Counted from the stretch's first letter, positions 50,437 to 61,379 are shown. The stretch: DNA of 64,000 nucleotides from Candidatus Binatia bacterium (GCA_038245295.1 JBBRSP010000015.1:32001-96000), one strand, 5' to 3'. Notes: generated by a model from the sequence alone, not told the origin. A program made the numbers and translations.

Positions 50437-51170
50437 ATGGATCATCCGACCACAGCCCGGCCCGTGCCTAGCCGTTCGCCAGCCTCGCGCCCCGAACCGG
50501 CGTCAAGCGAACTCACGGCGCGACTACGCGGCGGGATCTGGGCAGCATTGGCCCAACCCGCGCTGTTCATCCCCTACGATCTGGCCATGCGGCCGAGCAA
50601 GCTGCGCCTTCTATTCCTCATGAAAGCCCTATCGGTATTCCTTGGGCTGGGCGCACTCGTACGGATCCGTCGGCCGCGCGCCGAGCTCGAAGTCTGCCTG
50701 ATCGCCCTGGTCGCCGTCACCGCCATGTACGTGACCGTGGCGGACAGGGGATTCTGGTCAAAGATCCGCTAACGACGCCGGTGATTCTGTCGGCGTTGAC
50801 GATGGCAACCGCAATGATCTTGCCGTGGGGAGCCCGATCGCAAGCAGTCAGTGCCATCGTCGCTGCACTCGCGGTATTCGCCAGTCAACACATGGTGAAG
50901 CCGGCCGCCGATGCAAACAGTTTCTACCTGGCGGCGGGCTCTTTCGCGATCTTTCTCGGGTCAATCCACCTCGCCACCGAGCTCGACCTGAATCGTCGTC
51001 AGCGCAGCGCCAGTGAGCGGGCCTCGAAAACCAACGAGGAACGCTTGGTCCGCACGATCGACGCCACCAGTCAGGGAATTTGGGACTGGCAAGTAGAGAG
51101 CAGCGACGTGCGCATTTGATCCACGCTGGCTGGCAGTCCAGGGGTATCCGGCCGAAGACATCGGCACCGG
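50437..51170 (+). pseudogene. Frameshifted, truncated membrane/PAS sensor kinase
   Basis: Two hydrophobic ORFs in different frames; MILPWGARSQ matches IILPWRVAGQ of the 45382 kinase; PAS start GIWDW continues as FDPRWLAVQGYPAEDI in another frame. Confidence 0.7.
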
Positions 51171-51173
51171 CAC

Positions 51174-52169
51174 TCAGACATACGGAGCAACCCGTTCACG
51201 GTAGCGGCGCGACGGATCGTCGACCAACCCCAGGCGTAGGGCACAATCGAACAAGAGGATGCGATCACTCTGCGGGCGGCGCGGTGCCGCCGGGTGGATG
51301 TGATCGGACAGCAATCCCCCCGTCAAATGAAGGAACAACGCCGCGGAATGTTTGTACGCTGGTACCGGACTGCGGAATCCAACATTGCCAAGATGCTGTA
51401 AGGCGTCGTTGCGGGCGCTGAAATCGAGCCCGTCCTGCGCCAGCTGCCGGTCTCGTTCGGCGAACGCCTCCGGCGCGAAGGTCGACAATCCCAGGAGATA
51501 GTCGCTGCCATAAGCCACCATATCGATGGCCAGATCGTTGCCGGTGTAGATACGAAATTCCGGCCGTTCCGCATCGCGCGCCGTCAAACGACGGAGCTCC
51601 GTGGCACGATCCAACGAAGAGTGTTTGGCGCCGCCAAGAGCCGGGATCGCCATGATCCGGGCAAACGTTTCGTCATCCCAGATCTCGCCGTGCGGCGCAA
51701 AGACCGGGCTCAGCTCGAAGGCCAAGGCGCGTTGCAGAGGCTCGCAAATGGTCGCGTAGAACGCCGCTTTCGCCGCTGCGCCCAGGCCATGCATCGCCCG
51801 CGACTGGACAATCACCGGAATCCCTGCGGATTTGACGATCGCCGCCGTGGACGCCGCATAACTCGTGGCATCACCAGCCGCTCCCGGGAACGCGCCGGCA
51901 TAGAAAGGCGTGCTCGCGCCAAGGACACCCCGCGTCGCCGCCAGCACCAATGAGCGCTCGTGTTCACTCAGCAGATCGACGAAGCCGGTATCCATATTGA
52001 CGGCCACATCGAGCCCCGCGGTATGGGTGCGCTGGACGTGCGCTTCGAACTGGGCCCAGTCGATCTTTCCCGTCGCTGTGTAGGGCAGGAGGACCGCCGA
52101 AATACCATGGACACGGCGCGGTTGGATTCGAGCCAACGCTGCGCTCAACGAGATTTCTGCAGAGATCAC
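51174..52169 (-). CDS. Dihydrodipicolinate synthase (DapA)-like aldolase family protein
   Basis: SAVLLPY...IDW, AVNMDTG, GAKHSS (Schiff-base Lys), YTGND; GTGA overlap with the upstream gene. Confidence 0.75.
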   Translation of the reverse strand: MISAEISLSAALARIQPRRVHGISAVLLPYTATGKIDWAQFEAHVQRTHTAGLDVAVNMDTGFVDLLSEHERSLVLAATRGVLGASTPFYAGAFPGAAGDATSYAASTAAIVKSAGIPVIVQSRAMHGLGAAAKAAFYATICEPLQRALAFELSPVFAPHGEIWDDETFARIMAIPALGGAKHSSLDRATELRRLTARDAERPEFRIYTGNDLAIDMVAYGSDYLLGLSTFAPEAFAERDRQLAQDGLDFSARNDALQHLGNVGFRSPVPAYKHSAALFLHLTGGLLSDHIHPAAPRRPQSDRILLFDCALRLGLVDDPSRRYRERVAPYV

Positions 52170-53626
52170 CGTTTCGCTCGCTTGAGGGCCTCGAGCCGCA
52201 ACCGCTCCGGGCGCTGGCGGTAGAACGAATCGAGAGGATAACAGCCGGACACCATCCCGTTGCGCGGCGCCGTCGTGCAATCGCTGAACGTGCGACACAA
52301 ACGCCGACGATCCAGCTCACCGTCGCCAAACACCGCCCGTGGCAGGTCGGGATACGACAGCGCCAGCCGCCCCAGCCCGACGGCGTCGAACCAGCCGTCG
52401 CGCAGGCACGCTTGCGCCACGTGTGGGATGAATTCTTGCAAGTAGGTCCACCCCGAAGAAACGACCACCATTTCAGGAACCGCAGCTTTGATCGCGCGTG
52501 CGGCAGCCAGCAGACGCGCCACGCCAACCAACGGATCCTCCGGCGGCGCGTACCCGTCGCTCGGCGGGAACAACGCTGGTCGCTGCACGTGCGGCACGTA
52601 GTACGGACTGCCGCCGGTGACATTCAGCCAACGCACGCCGAGTTGGTGGAGCAGGCGCACCACGGCGATTGGTTCACTCAGATCGATACGTTGCGGCTGT
52701 CGCGGGTCGAGCCCGAAGGCCCACCAATAGGGCGTCGCAGCATGCATCGGCACGCCCACGCCGCCGCCGCTGGCAACGTCGCGTGCCTGATGCGGCACAC
52801 AGTCGAACGCCGACAGACGCACCGCCACATCAAGACGCGGCGCGGCGGCGCGTACCGCCGCTACAACCTCGCACAACAAACGTGTCCGCGACTCGAGTGT
52901 CTCGCCACCGTAGCGGCCACCGCGGGTGCGAGCCGCCAGGAACTCATGCAGCAGGTAGCCGTGACAATGCTTGACGTCGACGAACTCGAAGCCCTCCTCC
53001 TGCGCCAGATAGGCGGCGCGGGCGAACTGGCCGATCAGGGTCTCGACCTCGGCGTCGCTCAAGACGGCCGTGTCCGTATCGATCCCAACACGCTGGTCAA
53101 GCAGCGGATGGCGAAAGGCGACACGCGGCTGCGGGCCGGCGCTGGTGGGTCGCGACCAGCGCCCACTATGGGTCAGCTGTAGGCCAAGCAATGGCGGCGC
53201 CGCCGGGTCGGCATTGGCGAGCAAGTCGCGTCGCAGTTGGCCGATCGCCCCAGCCGTCGCCTCGGACAGAAGGAGCTGTGATGGATTGGCGCGTCCGGCC
53301 GCACACACGGCCACCGCTTCCCCACCCCACATCCACGCCGCACCCGACGCACCAAATCGCCGCCAGCGGCGCGACGTGAGCTCGCTCGGCAGCCCGTCTG
53401 CCGTTCCATCCCACCCTTCCATCGGTTGGATGACGAAGCGGTTCCCGACAGTCCGCGGCCCTCGGTTTGTCATGAGAGGCAATGTTTGCGCGAGCGGCGA
53501 AACCGCGACCGGCAACACCGCGTCGTCGGCGGGAAGCAAGATACCGAGCACGTCGAGACGGGCTCGCAAAGAGTGAGCGTCCGCCAATGACGCAAGACGT
53601 GGATAGTGCTCTTGAGGTTCCATCAT
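52166..53626 (-). CDS. NADH:flavin oxidoreductase (old yellow enzyme family)
   Basis: [31 protein letters not shown]...[13 protein letters not shown]. Confidence 0.85.
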   Translation of the reverse strand: MMEPQEHYPRLASLADAHSLRARLDVLGILLPADDAVLPVAVSPLAQTLPLMTNRGPRTVGNRFVIQPMEGWDGTADGLPSELTSRRWRRFGASGAAWMWGGEAVAVCAAGRANPSQLLLSEATAGAIGQLRRDLLANADPAAPPLLGLQLTHSGRWSRPTSAGPQPRVAFRHPLLDQRVGIDTDTAVLSDAEVETLIGQFARAAYLAQEEGFEFVDVKHCHGYLLHEFLAARTRGGRYGGETLESRTRLLCEVVAAVRAAAPRLDVAVRLSAFDCVPHQARDVASGGGVGVPMHAATPYWWAFGLDPRQPQRIDLSEPIAVVRLLHQLGVRWLNVTGGSPYYVPHVQRPALFPPSDGYAPPEDPLVGVARLLAAARAIKAAVPEMVVVSSGWTYLQEFIPHVAQACLRDGWFDAVGLGRLALSYPDLPRAVFGDGELDRRRLCRTFSDCTTAPRNGMVSGCYPLDSFYRQRPERLRLEALKRAKR

Positions 53627-56600
53627 GGAAGACGCCTAGTCGACGGGGCGCTCGGTCCGCCAAACAGGGCACGCAGCGCGGCATCGAATTCCTCGTCGAG
53701 CCAGCGTATCAACGGCTGCGCATTCTCTGGGTGGCCATTGCGCGCCGCGGCCTCGATCTCACCGCACAGCGCTTGCACCCGCCGCGCCCCGATCGTACCG
53801 CTCAATCCCTTCAGCGTGTGCGCCGCAAGCTCCAGTTGACGCCGATTGCCCTCGGTGACAGCTTGGCGCATGGTCGCGATCGTCTCGGGTGTGCGGCTCG
53901 AGAAGGAATCGAACAGCGTGCGGATGATGCCGTCCGCCTCGTCGCCAAGGAACGTACGCGTTTCGTCGAGGGCAGTCGGATCAAGCACGGGCTGATCGTC
54001 GACGTTCGTCAAGGCAGGATACGGTGGTGGCGCCGCCGCGACATCCGCAACGGCGGTCTCGGGCTGAAGGATGCGGGCCGCGGCACTGGCGAGAGCCGCC
54101 TGGAAGTCACGAATGCGCAGGGGCTTGCTGACATACTCGCTCATGCCGGCGGCGAGACAGCGTTCGCGGTCGCCCTGCAGAACCGCCGCTGTCATGGCAA
54201 CAATCTGCGGCCTCGAACCGGGATTGAACGCGCGGATGCGGCGCGATGCTTCCAGGCCGTCCATCTCGGGCATCTCGACGTCCATGAGCACGACGTCGTA
54301 CGTTTGGCGGCGAATCGCTTCGACTGCTTCCAGGCCATTGGCCACCACATCGGCGCGATAGCCCATGTGCTTCAGGAAAGCGATGACCAGCTGTTGGTTG
54401 ATGACGTGATCGTCGGCAACCAGGATGCGCAACGGCCAGCGTTGCGCCATGGTGCCGTCGAACTCGTACTCGGCCGAGTTGTCGGTGCGTCCGATCGCCT
54501 TGCTCGAAACCTGGGCCAGGATGGTGAAGAGGAAGCTCGTTCCTTCACCGGCCACACCCGAGCTTTCCACGGTGATCATGCCACCCAGCAATTCGACCAA
54601 CCGTTTGCTGATCGCCAGACCGAGGCCGCTGCCGCCGAAACGCCGCGTCGTCGATGCATCGACCTGACTGAAGGATCGAAAGAGGCGGTCTCGACGATCC
54701 GGCGCGATCCCAATACCAGTATCCTTGACCACGAAACGGATCTCGTAAAAGGTCGAGGCGGCCGCATCGGCTGAGCCAACCGGATGGGCTGTCACTCGTA
54801 CGCTTACTCCACCGTGGTCGGTAAACTTCACGGCGTTGCCGAGCAGGTTGACGATGATCTGCCGCAAACGTGTTACGTCGCCGCGCAGCGTCGGTGGAAC
54901 GGCTTCGTCGACGCTACTCTCGAGCCGCAACCCCTTCTCAGTGGCCCGGCCTTTGACGAGATCGAGCGCCGAGTCGACGCACTCGCGCAGATCGAACGGT
55001 TGGATCTCCAGTTCCAAACGACCGGATTCGATCTTGGAGAAGTCGAGAATGTCGTTGATGACGGCGAGCAACGAATCGCCGCTATCGCGAATTGTCTCGG
55101 CATGCTCGCGCTGCTCGGTGGTGAGAGAGCCCGTATTGAGCAGCAGGCTCGCCATGCCGATGACCGCATTCATCGGAGTGCGAATCTCGTGGCTCATGGT
55201 CGCTAGAAACGCACTCTTCGCCGCGTTGGCACGCTCCGCCTCTTCCTCGCGACGCGCCGCCGTCTGCTTCTCCTCGAAGAGTTGCGCCACGTACAGAGCC
55301 GTGCCGGCCTGGTCGGCCAGACTCAACAGATTGGCGGCATCGTCGCGCGTATAACCGCGGCCCGAGCGCCGTGGTCCGACGGCCAGCACACCGATGAGTG
55401 AGGTCCGCAAGCCGCTACGATCCCGCTGCGGGGCCTGCAAGGGGATCAGCAGCGGGAACTTTGGATCATCGTTGCGCCACACCACCTGGCCCGTCGATAG
55501 GGCACGCAGTTGGCGTCGCCAGCGGCGATCGTCGGTGGGCAGTCGACTCGCCGTCTTGTCGGCGTCTGGCAGGTTGATTTCTTGCGCCATGTAGAATGGG
55601 TCTGTGCTGCCGGACGAGGCGGTCGGATCGCGCAAGAACACCGCCCCATGGGTAATGTCGAGAAGGTCGGAGGTGCGATTCACCAAGGCCGCCAGGAGCT
55701 GCGGCAGGTCGATGATGGTGCGAATTTCGCGCGTGAACTCGGCGAAGGCTTGGCGGAAGTTGACGGCGCGCCGGTAGAATCGTTGATCGATGATCGCCTG
55801 CAGACGCAGACGCAGTGGCTGAAACAACATCGCCATCATCAGGGTCGAGGCGACAATGGACAGCTCGGAGCCGCGCCCGGTGAGGACCTGAAGGATCTGC
55901 TGCAGCAACGCGACACTCGCCAGATAGACAACTACCAACGCCGCGGTGAGTGCCCCGTACACAAGCGATTGGTGGATGACGGCATCAACGTCCCACAAGC
56001 GATAGCGGAACAAGGCAAACACCAGAGTCAACGGCACCGCGCCGACGGAGAGGTAGAACGCCGGCAAACCGATCAAGGCAAACAACACACGCGGGACGCC
56101 GGGAACACGCACGGACGGGATGAGGATGGCCGGCAACTGAAACAGGACAATGCCGACCATCAGGATGCCGACACCGAAGACGTACCACTTTATCTGCTGA
56201 CGTTGCGCCATGTCGGTCATGCGGCGGTAACGTTGCATCTGGGCGATGCCGCCGGTGACGAAACCGCCGATGGCCAGCATCAAGATGAACAACGACATCC
56301 ACGGGCCGGGATCGGCGGCGGCAATGCCCGGTCGCCCGTCCGGACGTGCAAACTGGGGCAAGAAGAAGTATCGCCCGATCGTGCACACCGTCCAGAACAA
56401 CAGCATGGGGCGTGTATACGGTGGAACGAAACGTCCATCGGGCATGAGGATCAAAGCACTGATCGAGGTGATGGCGGCAAAGCAGGTCACCGCGATGCCA
56501 AAGGCATTCCATTCCGGAGACAGTCCGGCAAATGAATCCTCCGGTCGCACCAGCGAGATGCCCTGGACAAAAAGTGCGGCCGACAAAAGAAGCGACAACC

Positions 56601-56919
56601 AACTGTTCGAGCGCCGCAGGAAGATCAACGCGCCGGCGCTGCAAAAGACGCCGCAGATGAGAATGTCGAGGCCTCTCAGGTATTGCACCAGCAGGTCGCT
56701 TGAGATTCCGAGCTGCCGCAGCGCTTCGGCATTGTCGCTCGCCAATCCGCGCAATTGATCCAAGCGCGCCGGCGCAAGACCGACATACATGACGATCCCG
56801 GCACAAATCGCCAGCAGCCACAGTGCCCGCGCCGACATCAGGGTAGCGCCGGTGAGAACCGTGTTCAGGGTATTGGGCGATTCAGCGCCGCTCGCAGCGA
56901 CGTTGCGCTCATTGGGCAT
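53623..56919 (-). CDS. Hybrid sensor histidine kinase (TM-GAF-like-HisKA-HATPase-REC-HPt)
   Basis: About 9 TM segments; [37 protein letters not shown]; HPt AHTLKG. Confidence 0.93.
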   Translation of the reverse strand: MPNERNVAASGAESPNTLNTVLTGATLMSARALWLLAICAGIVMYVGLAPARLDQLRGLASDNAEALRQLGISSDLLVQYLRGLDILICGVFCSAGALIFLRRSNSWLSLLLSAALFVQGISLVRPEDSFAGLSPEWNAFGIAVTCFAAITSISALILMPDGRFVPPYTRPMLLFWTVCTIGRYFFLPQFARPDGRPGIAAADPGPWMSLFILMLAIGGFVTGGIAQMQRYRRMTDMAQRQQIKWYVFGVGILMVGIVLFQLPAILIPSVRVPGVPRVLFALIGLPAFYLSVGAVPLTLVFALFRYRLWDVDAVIHQSLVYGALTAALVVVYLASVALLQQILQVLTGRGSELSIVASTLMMAMLFQPLRLRLQAIIDQRFYRRAVNFRQAFAEFTREIRTIIDLPQLLAALVNRTSDLLDITHGAVFLRDPTASSGSTDPFYMAQEINLPDADKTASRLPTDDRRWRRQLRALSTGQVVWRNDDPKFPLLIPLQAPQRDRSGLRTSLIGVLAVGPRRSGRGYTRDDAANLLSLADQAGTALYVAQLFEEKQTAARREEEAERANAAKSAFLATMSHEIRTPMNAVIGMASLLLNTGSLTTEQREHAETIRDSGDSLLAVINDILDFSKIESGRLELEIQPFDLRECVDSALDLVKGRATEKGLRLESSVDEAVPPTLRGDVTRLRQIIVNLLGNAVKFTDHGGVSVRVTAHPVGSADAAASTFYEIRFVVKDTGIGIAPDRRDRLFRSFSQVDASTTRRFGGSGLGLAISKRLVELLGGMITVESSGVAGEGTSFLFTILAQVSSKAIGRTDNSAEYEFDGTMAQRWPLRILVADDHVINQQLVIAFLKHMGYRADVVANGLEAVEAIRRQTYDVVLMDVEMPEMDGLEASRRIRAFNPGSRPQIVAMTAAVLQGDRERCLAAGMSEYVSKPLRIRDFQAALASAAARILQPETAVADVAAAPPPYPALTNVDDQPVLDPTALDETRTFLGDEADGIIRTLFDSFSSRTPETIATMRQAVTEGNRRQLELAAHTLKGLSGTIGARRVQALCGEIEAAARNGHPENAQPLIRWLDEEFDAALRALFGGPSAPSTRRLP

Positions 56920-57004
56920 AGGCTGTGGTTGTCACTCGCGGCGCAATTTATCATCTCGCCCCCCGTCCCGACTACGTCAAATGCCGGTCGTTGCGGAAGG
57001 CCGG

Positions 57005-58132
57005 TCAGGCAGCCGTGAACCGCGCCACGAGGGCATTGACCTGCCTCTCGATACGCATCGACACCAACGCCAAGGCCGTGATGACGACGGCCGCAATCAG
57101 GAAGAAAACCGGCAAAGGCAGTGCACCCAGCCGAATCCCGAGCCAGATCATATACGGCTGGTGCAGCAGATAGAGGCCGTACGAGTACATGCCGACAGTT
57201 CCCAGAACGACCTGCAGTCGCGGCACGCGGTCGATCTGGATGGCGAGGAAGATCATCACGAGCGATAGGCCGACGCCGACCAGCGCATCGGTGACGATGT
57301 AGGTGGCCGACGAACCGTAGCTGTAGATGGCTCCGACATAGAGTACCGCGCCCAGCCCCAATGCCAGCGGCGACGCGAGCCAGCGCTGCATCCGTTCACA
57401 ATCCCGGGCATAGGCGCTACCGAGGACCATACCAGCGCTAAACTCGAAGAGGCGACAGGTGAACAACGCCCCACCCAGCAGGGCGTCACTGGCTTGCGAA
57501 CCCAACGGAAAAAGAAAGAGATAGCGGCTGAAGAACGTGACCACGGCGGCAGCGAGCATTAACCAGCCCGGCCCCCAACGCTGCAGGAGGACAAAGAGTA
57601 CCGGGAACACGAGATACAGCTGCACCAGCAAACCGAAGTACCACCACGCCGGATTGGCGTAATATGCCATCTCGGGAAGCGGGTAGACCCGATCACCAAG
57701 GAAGCTGAGGACGAATCGGTAATCGATTGGATCGTAACCAGGCGACACGAGGTAGAAGAGGTGGGCTACCCAATAGAGGGGGAAGAGGCGCAACAGCCGG
57801 CTGCGATACCAGGCGAGCCAATCGACGCTACCGCCTTTGCGAGTCTGGCCGAAGCTCAGTGCGAAGCCACTCAGCAGGAGGAAGACGCCGACGGCGTGAT
57901 AGCCGAGAAAGGAAAATCCGACGAACGCGGCGCGCACCAGGCAGGCCGTTGTCGCACCACCGGCCACCGCTGCACCGCACGAGTGCGCCCAGAAGCTGCC
58001 GCTCAACGGTCCCGGAAAGTTTGAACCAGCGTATTCCTTGAATCCGTGGAAGTAGGCGATCCACAGGATGGCCAGGCCTTTGACCGTGTCGGGCCAGTTC
58101 AGCCGTGTTTTTGTGGCACTGGTCGCAGGCAT
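57005..58132 (-). CDS. Acyltransferase family 3 (OafA-like) membrane protein
   Basis: DTVKGLAILW...H, VGVFLLLSGF, RLLRLFPLYW, WWY...VQLYLVFP, SYGLYLLH. Confidence 0.9.
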   Translation of the reverse strand: MPATSATKTRLNWPDTVKGLAILWIAYFHGFKEYAGSNFPGPLSGSFWAHSCGAAVAGGATTACLVRAAFVGFSFLGYHAVGVFLLLSGFALSFGQTRKGGSVDWLAWYRSRLLRLFPLYWVAHLFYLVSPGYDPIDYRFVLSFLGDRVYPLPEMAYYANPAWWYFGLLVQLYLVFPVLFVLLQRWGPGWLMLAAAVVTFFSRYLFLFPLGSQASDALLGGALFTCRLFEFSAGMVLGSAYARDCERMQRWLASPLALGLGAVLYVGAIYSYGSSATYIVTDALVGVGLSLVMIFLAIQIDRVPRLQVVLGTVGMYSYGLYLLHQPYMIWLGIRLGALPLPVFFLIAAVVITALALVSMRIERQVNALVARFTAA

Positions 58133-58473
58133 GAGTGCGGTCGATCATCGAGGGTCATCGGCATTGGGCGATGTGTATGCGGCAAACGCCACCGGGGGTC
58201 AAACGGCCGGTCGGTGCACGTGCTCGGACGTGCTGCATCCCGACGGCACCGCGACATGAAGTCGTTGCCACGTGAACAGTCGGATCGTGACGCAATGGTC
58301 GTTGGCTCTCAGCATTGGCTGGCTGACGCGTCGGACGAGAATCCTTGCCGTACCCCATGTGACACGTATCGTTCGTCCATGAGCCTCTTCCACGTCATTC
58401 GGTTGCGCTGGGTCCCGGCTTTCGAGTGTGTCGATTTACTCGTGAACCAAATTTGAAACCGAGCAGACCTTTC

Positions 58474-58554
58474 CGTCATACCGGCGAAAGCCGGTATCTC
58501 GCCGGCTTTCGAGGCTTCCACCAGGGGGAGATCCCGGTGTTCACCGGGATGACG
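58474..58554. repeat. REP-like palindromic doublet (GTCAT...ATGAC type)
   Basis: CGTCATACCGGCGAAAGCCGGTATCTC (58474-58500) and inverted copy GAGATCCCGGTGTTCACCGGGATGACG (58528-58554). Confidence 0.75.
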
Positions 58555-58708
58555 TTGCTCCACTTTAGTTTTACGACACTCTCTTTCACCGGGACAGCGG
58601 CTGCATCCTCATCCCTGATCGTGTCGCGTCGTCGACAAGTCGCCCACGTCGCGATGACCTCGCAACAGGCAGAGGCTAATCCAAGAGGAAAAATGGGAAG
58701 AGATGAGA

Positions 58709-58782
58709 TGGCGACGCGTGGAATCGAACCACGGACCTAAGGATTATGAGACCTTCGCTCTAACCAACTGAGCTACGTCGCC
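58709..58782 (-). tRNA. tRNA-Met (CAT), elongator type
   Basis: Acceptor GGCGACG/CGTCGCC; D arm GCTC..GAGC; loop CTCATAA; GGTTCGATTCC; paired G1-C72 and no GGG/CCC, so not initiator; CCA not encoded. Confidence 0.93.
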
Positions 58783-58810
58783 ACGGACCGAGCTGGGCCC
58801 CACAAGTAGC

Positions 58811-58856
58811 AAGTGACGGAGCGGCTGCAAGTGTTTTGCAGCCGACTCCGTCACTT
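58811..58856. terminator. Long inverted repeat / probable terminator between the secreted-protein gene and the tRNA
   Basis: AAGTGACGGAGCGGCTGCAA, 5-nt loop, TTGCAGCCG-A-CTCCGTCACTT: 20-bp stem with one bulge. Confidence 0.55.
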
Positions 58857-58915
58857 CTGTTTTCGAGCAGCGCCGAGCTCTGCCCTGGTGCTTCTGGTGG
58901 CGTGTTGCGTCGATC

Positions 58916-60205
58916 TTACGAGCAGCTGCCGAGAGCTTTATTGACGGCGCTGACGATCTCGTTGACGGTGATCTCACCGTTGCCGTCGACATCGCCGGCC
59001 GCGCACGTCGAGGCCGGGGCCGAGCCGAGAGCGATGTTCACCATCGCGATGATCTCGTTGACGGTGACTTCGTTGCTGCCGTCGCAATCGCCGGCGCAGC
59101 TTGGCGGTATCACCGGGTTATCCTTCGCCACCAGGTTGACCGTCACGCCCAGCGAGCTGATGCCCATGACGTTGATGCCGGCCAGCGCAAACGCCGACAC
59201 GAGAGCCGAGCCGCCCGGATTGCCGAGCTCCACCTGACTGCAGGTGAACGGTGCACCGGTGACGGTTGTCGGTCCGATCTCGCCGCCGTCGGGCAAGTTG
59301 GTGATCGTCGCGGTCGCCATGCCGGTAACCGCCGGCAACGTCGCCGCGGCGCCGAAGTCTGAAGCGTCGTCAGCGGTGCAGAATTTGCCGTCCGGTCCAT
59401 ACGCGGCGCCGGTCCCGGTGCAGCCACCGACGGCCACGTTGACGCCGATCGTCGTCAGAATAGAGGCCGAGCCGGCAGGCCCGCTGCCGTTGATCGTCAC
59501 AACCGGAGGCAACGCGGTGCCGCTATCGCCGCCCGCATCCAGCGTGTAGGTCAGATTGTTGCCGTCGATGCCGGTGCAACCGATGTTGCCCGACGCCGTG
59601 TTGCCCGGTCCGTGCACGAAGGTACACGGTTTCTTGCCCGCACAGAGCGCCTCGTTCGCCGTGCAGTCGGTCGACAACGTCGTGCCGTCCGCCTCGAAGA
59701 ACGTGCCGCCACAGGTCTTTGCCGTCGCGCCGTGCACACATCCGCACGCCAAGCTCAACACCGGCACGGCCGGGAAGTCGATGCCCGAGGCTTTGACAAC
59801 CACCGGGATCTTGCCGTCGCGCTGCTTGCCGATTGTCATGACCAGCTTGCCGCTGAGCGGCAGCGGCAGTTGCAGGAAGCCGGCGTCGGCGACCACGCCG
59901 CTCGTCCCGGGGCGGATCGACAATCCCTCAGAAACGCCGGGGACCAGCTGGATGTTTACATCGCGCTCCGTCGTGCAGTTCGCTGCGCAGCCGTCGCCGC
60001 CGGCAGTTTTGCATTCACCACCGGGGCACGCCGCACTCGAAGTACACGCGGTGCCAGCATTGGAGCTACCGATACAGTAGCCGCCATTGTCGCATTCCTC
60101 AGGCGCCTCGGTGACTCCGTCGCCACACGTCACAGCCCGCGCCACTTGCACCGAGACGAGAGCCGAACAAAGGCTCACCGCCACGGCAATTGCCATCTTA
60201 CGCAT
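58916..60205 (-). CDS. Secreted Cys-rich protein with C-terminal dockerin-like domain
   Basis: Signal peptide ARA-V; CGDGVTEAPEECDNG (myxococcal Cys-rich repeat type); C-terminal duplicated GDCDGSNEVTVNEI / GDVDGNGEITVNEI; GAGG RBS. Confidence 0.8.
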   Translation of the reverse strand: MRKMAIAVAVSLCSALVSVQVARAVTCGDGVTEAPEECDNGGYCIGSSNAGTACTSSAACPGGECKTAGGDGCAANCTTERDVNIQLVPGVSEGLSIRPGTSGVVADAGFLQLPLPLSGKLVMTIGKQRDGKIPVVVKASGIDFPAVPVLSLACGCVHGATAKTCGGTFFEADGTTLSTDCTANEALCAGKKPCTFVHGPGNTASGNIGCTGIDGNNLTYTLDAGGDSGTALPPVVTINGSGPAGSASILTTIGVNVAVGGCTGTGAAYGPDGKFCTADDASDFGAAATLPAVTGMATATITNLPDGGEIGPTTVTGAPFTCSQVELGNPGGSALVSAFALAGINVMGISSLGVTVNLVAKDNPVIPPSCAGDCDGSNEVTVNEIIAMVNIALGSAPASTCAAGDVDGNGEITVNEIVSAVNKALGSCS

Positions 60206-60414
60206 TCCACTGCCTCCTTAATTGAACTGAGGTCCGAATCGGGTTGGGCTATTCGATGCGTCCCGGAATGTCAATCTGTAAGACGTCGCCGGTCGATGAG
60301 GCGTCCCAAGGCGTAAAATACCGCACTTAACCACATCCTAAGTTTCGCGAGTTCCGCGTCAATTACCATCCTTGGCGGGTTTGCGCCTCCCACCACCAGG
60401 GCGCGCTGAAACCA

Positions 60415-61296
60415 TCAGGGCCAGCTCATCTGAACAGCACGATAGAGCCCCTCGCTGCGCAATGAGTACTCGGACACCGGGTGTAAGAAGTCGTCGGCCC
60501 CACTCGCCTTCGCATCGCGCTGCGCCAGAAACATCAGGAGCGACGCTTCGCCGTCAAACCCGAAGACACACAGCATCTCGTGTTTACCGTCGTGCAAACG
60601 ACCGGCGTAGGTGTCGATGCTGCTCAAGCCGACGACCCGACGCGCCTGCCCTTTCTCGAACCAGTCGTAGAACGCCTCGAGCCGGTCGTCGGGAACCGTG
60701 AACGCCTGCGCGAAATATGCCGCGGCCGACGGCGCGCCCGGAATCGACGTGCCGATAGCGTGATTCATCTGAGCGTGCTCGGCATGGTCACCACCGGCCT
60801 TCAGGCTGCCGATGTAGGCAACCAGGTTGGTCAGCTCCTGGAGCGACATGCCGTCATACGAAGGCATGATCGATGTTCCGGTTGGCGAGACGTAGCCCGG
60901 CCCCTCGACGACGACGGCATTTGGATTGAGGATCGATTCGGCAAAGTACTCGGGCGGGTGATGAGCCCCCATGCCTGTCAGCTCCGGACCCACGTCGCCC
61001 TCCTGACGATCCTCGGGAAACGGCTCGCCGGCGACCTTGTGGCACGTGTAACACTCGTTCTCGAAAAACGCGGCGCGGCCGGCATCGATGTCGCCGCGCG
61101 GCACACGGAAACGCCACCCCGGCGGTACGCCGCCATTGATGTGGAGATCGGCCATCGAAATGCGCACCGGATCCGGATCACACGGGGGTGGTTGGGTCTG
61201 ATTGCGCTCACAGCCCGCCATCAGGACGAGCAAGACCACGGCCACACCAAGCCTTGCGCACCTGGAGTCATTCACCACACTGATTGAAGCAGTCAT
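60415..61296 (-). CDS. Monoheme c-type cytochrome lipoprotein with extra C-terminal domain
   Basis: Lipobox MAG-C; CYTCH; GPELTGMG; ESILNPNA; SIMPSY (Met ligand); start uncertain. Confidence 0.8.
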   Translation of the reverse strand: MTASISVVNDSRCARLGVAVVLLVLMAGCERNQTQPPPCDPDPVRISMADLHINGGVPPGWRFRVPRGDIDAGRAAFFENECYTCHKVAGEPFPEDRQEGDVGPELTGMGAHHPPEYFAESILNPNAVVVEGPGYVSPTGTSIMPSYDGMSLQELTNLVAYIGSLKAGGDHAEHAQMNHAIGTSIPGAPSAAAYFAQAFTVPDDRLEAFYDWFEKGQARRVVGLSSIDTYAGRLHDGKHEMLCVFGFDGEASLLMFLAQRDAKASGADDFLHPVSEYSLRSEGLYRAVQMSWP

Positions 61297-61379
61297 TTTC
61301 CTTATTGACCTCGGCGTCCCATCGGGCGCACACTGCCGCGCAGCCGGCAGACACGCAACCCATGCGAGAGGAGGGTGTA

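Noticed and set aside
50437..58708. Possible genomic island integrated at the tRNA-Met 3' end
   Set aside because: No integrase, no duplicated tRNA 3' end seen and no obvious composition shift.
58133..58740. Short ORFs in the gap between the acyltransferase and the tRNA, including one reading EIPAFAGMT
   Set aside because: No recognisable protein features; the IPAFAGMT peptide is the translation of the palindromic repeat.
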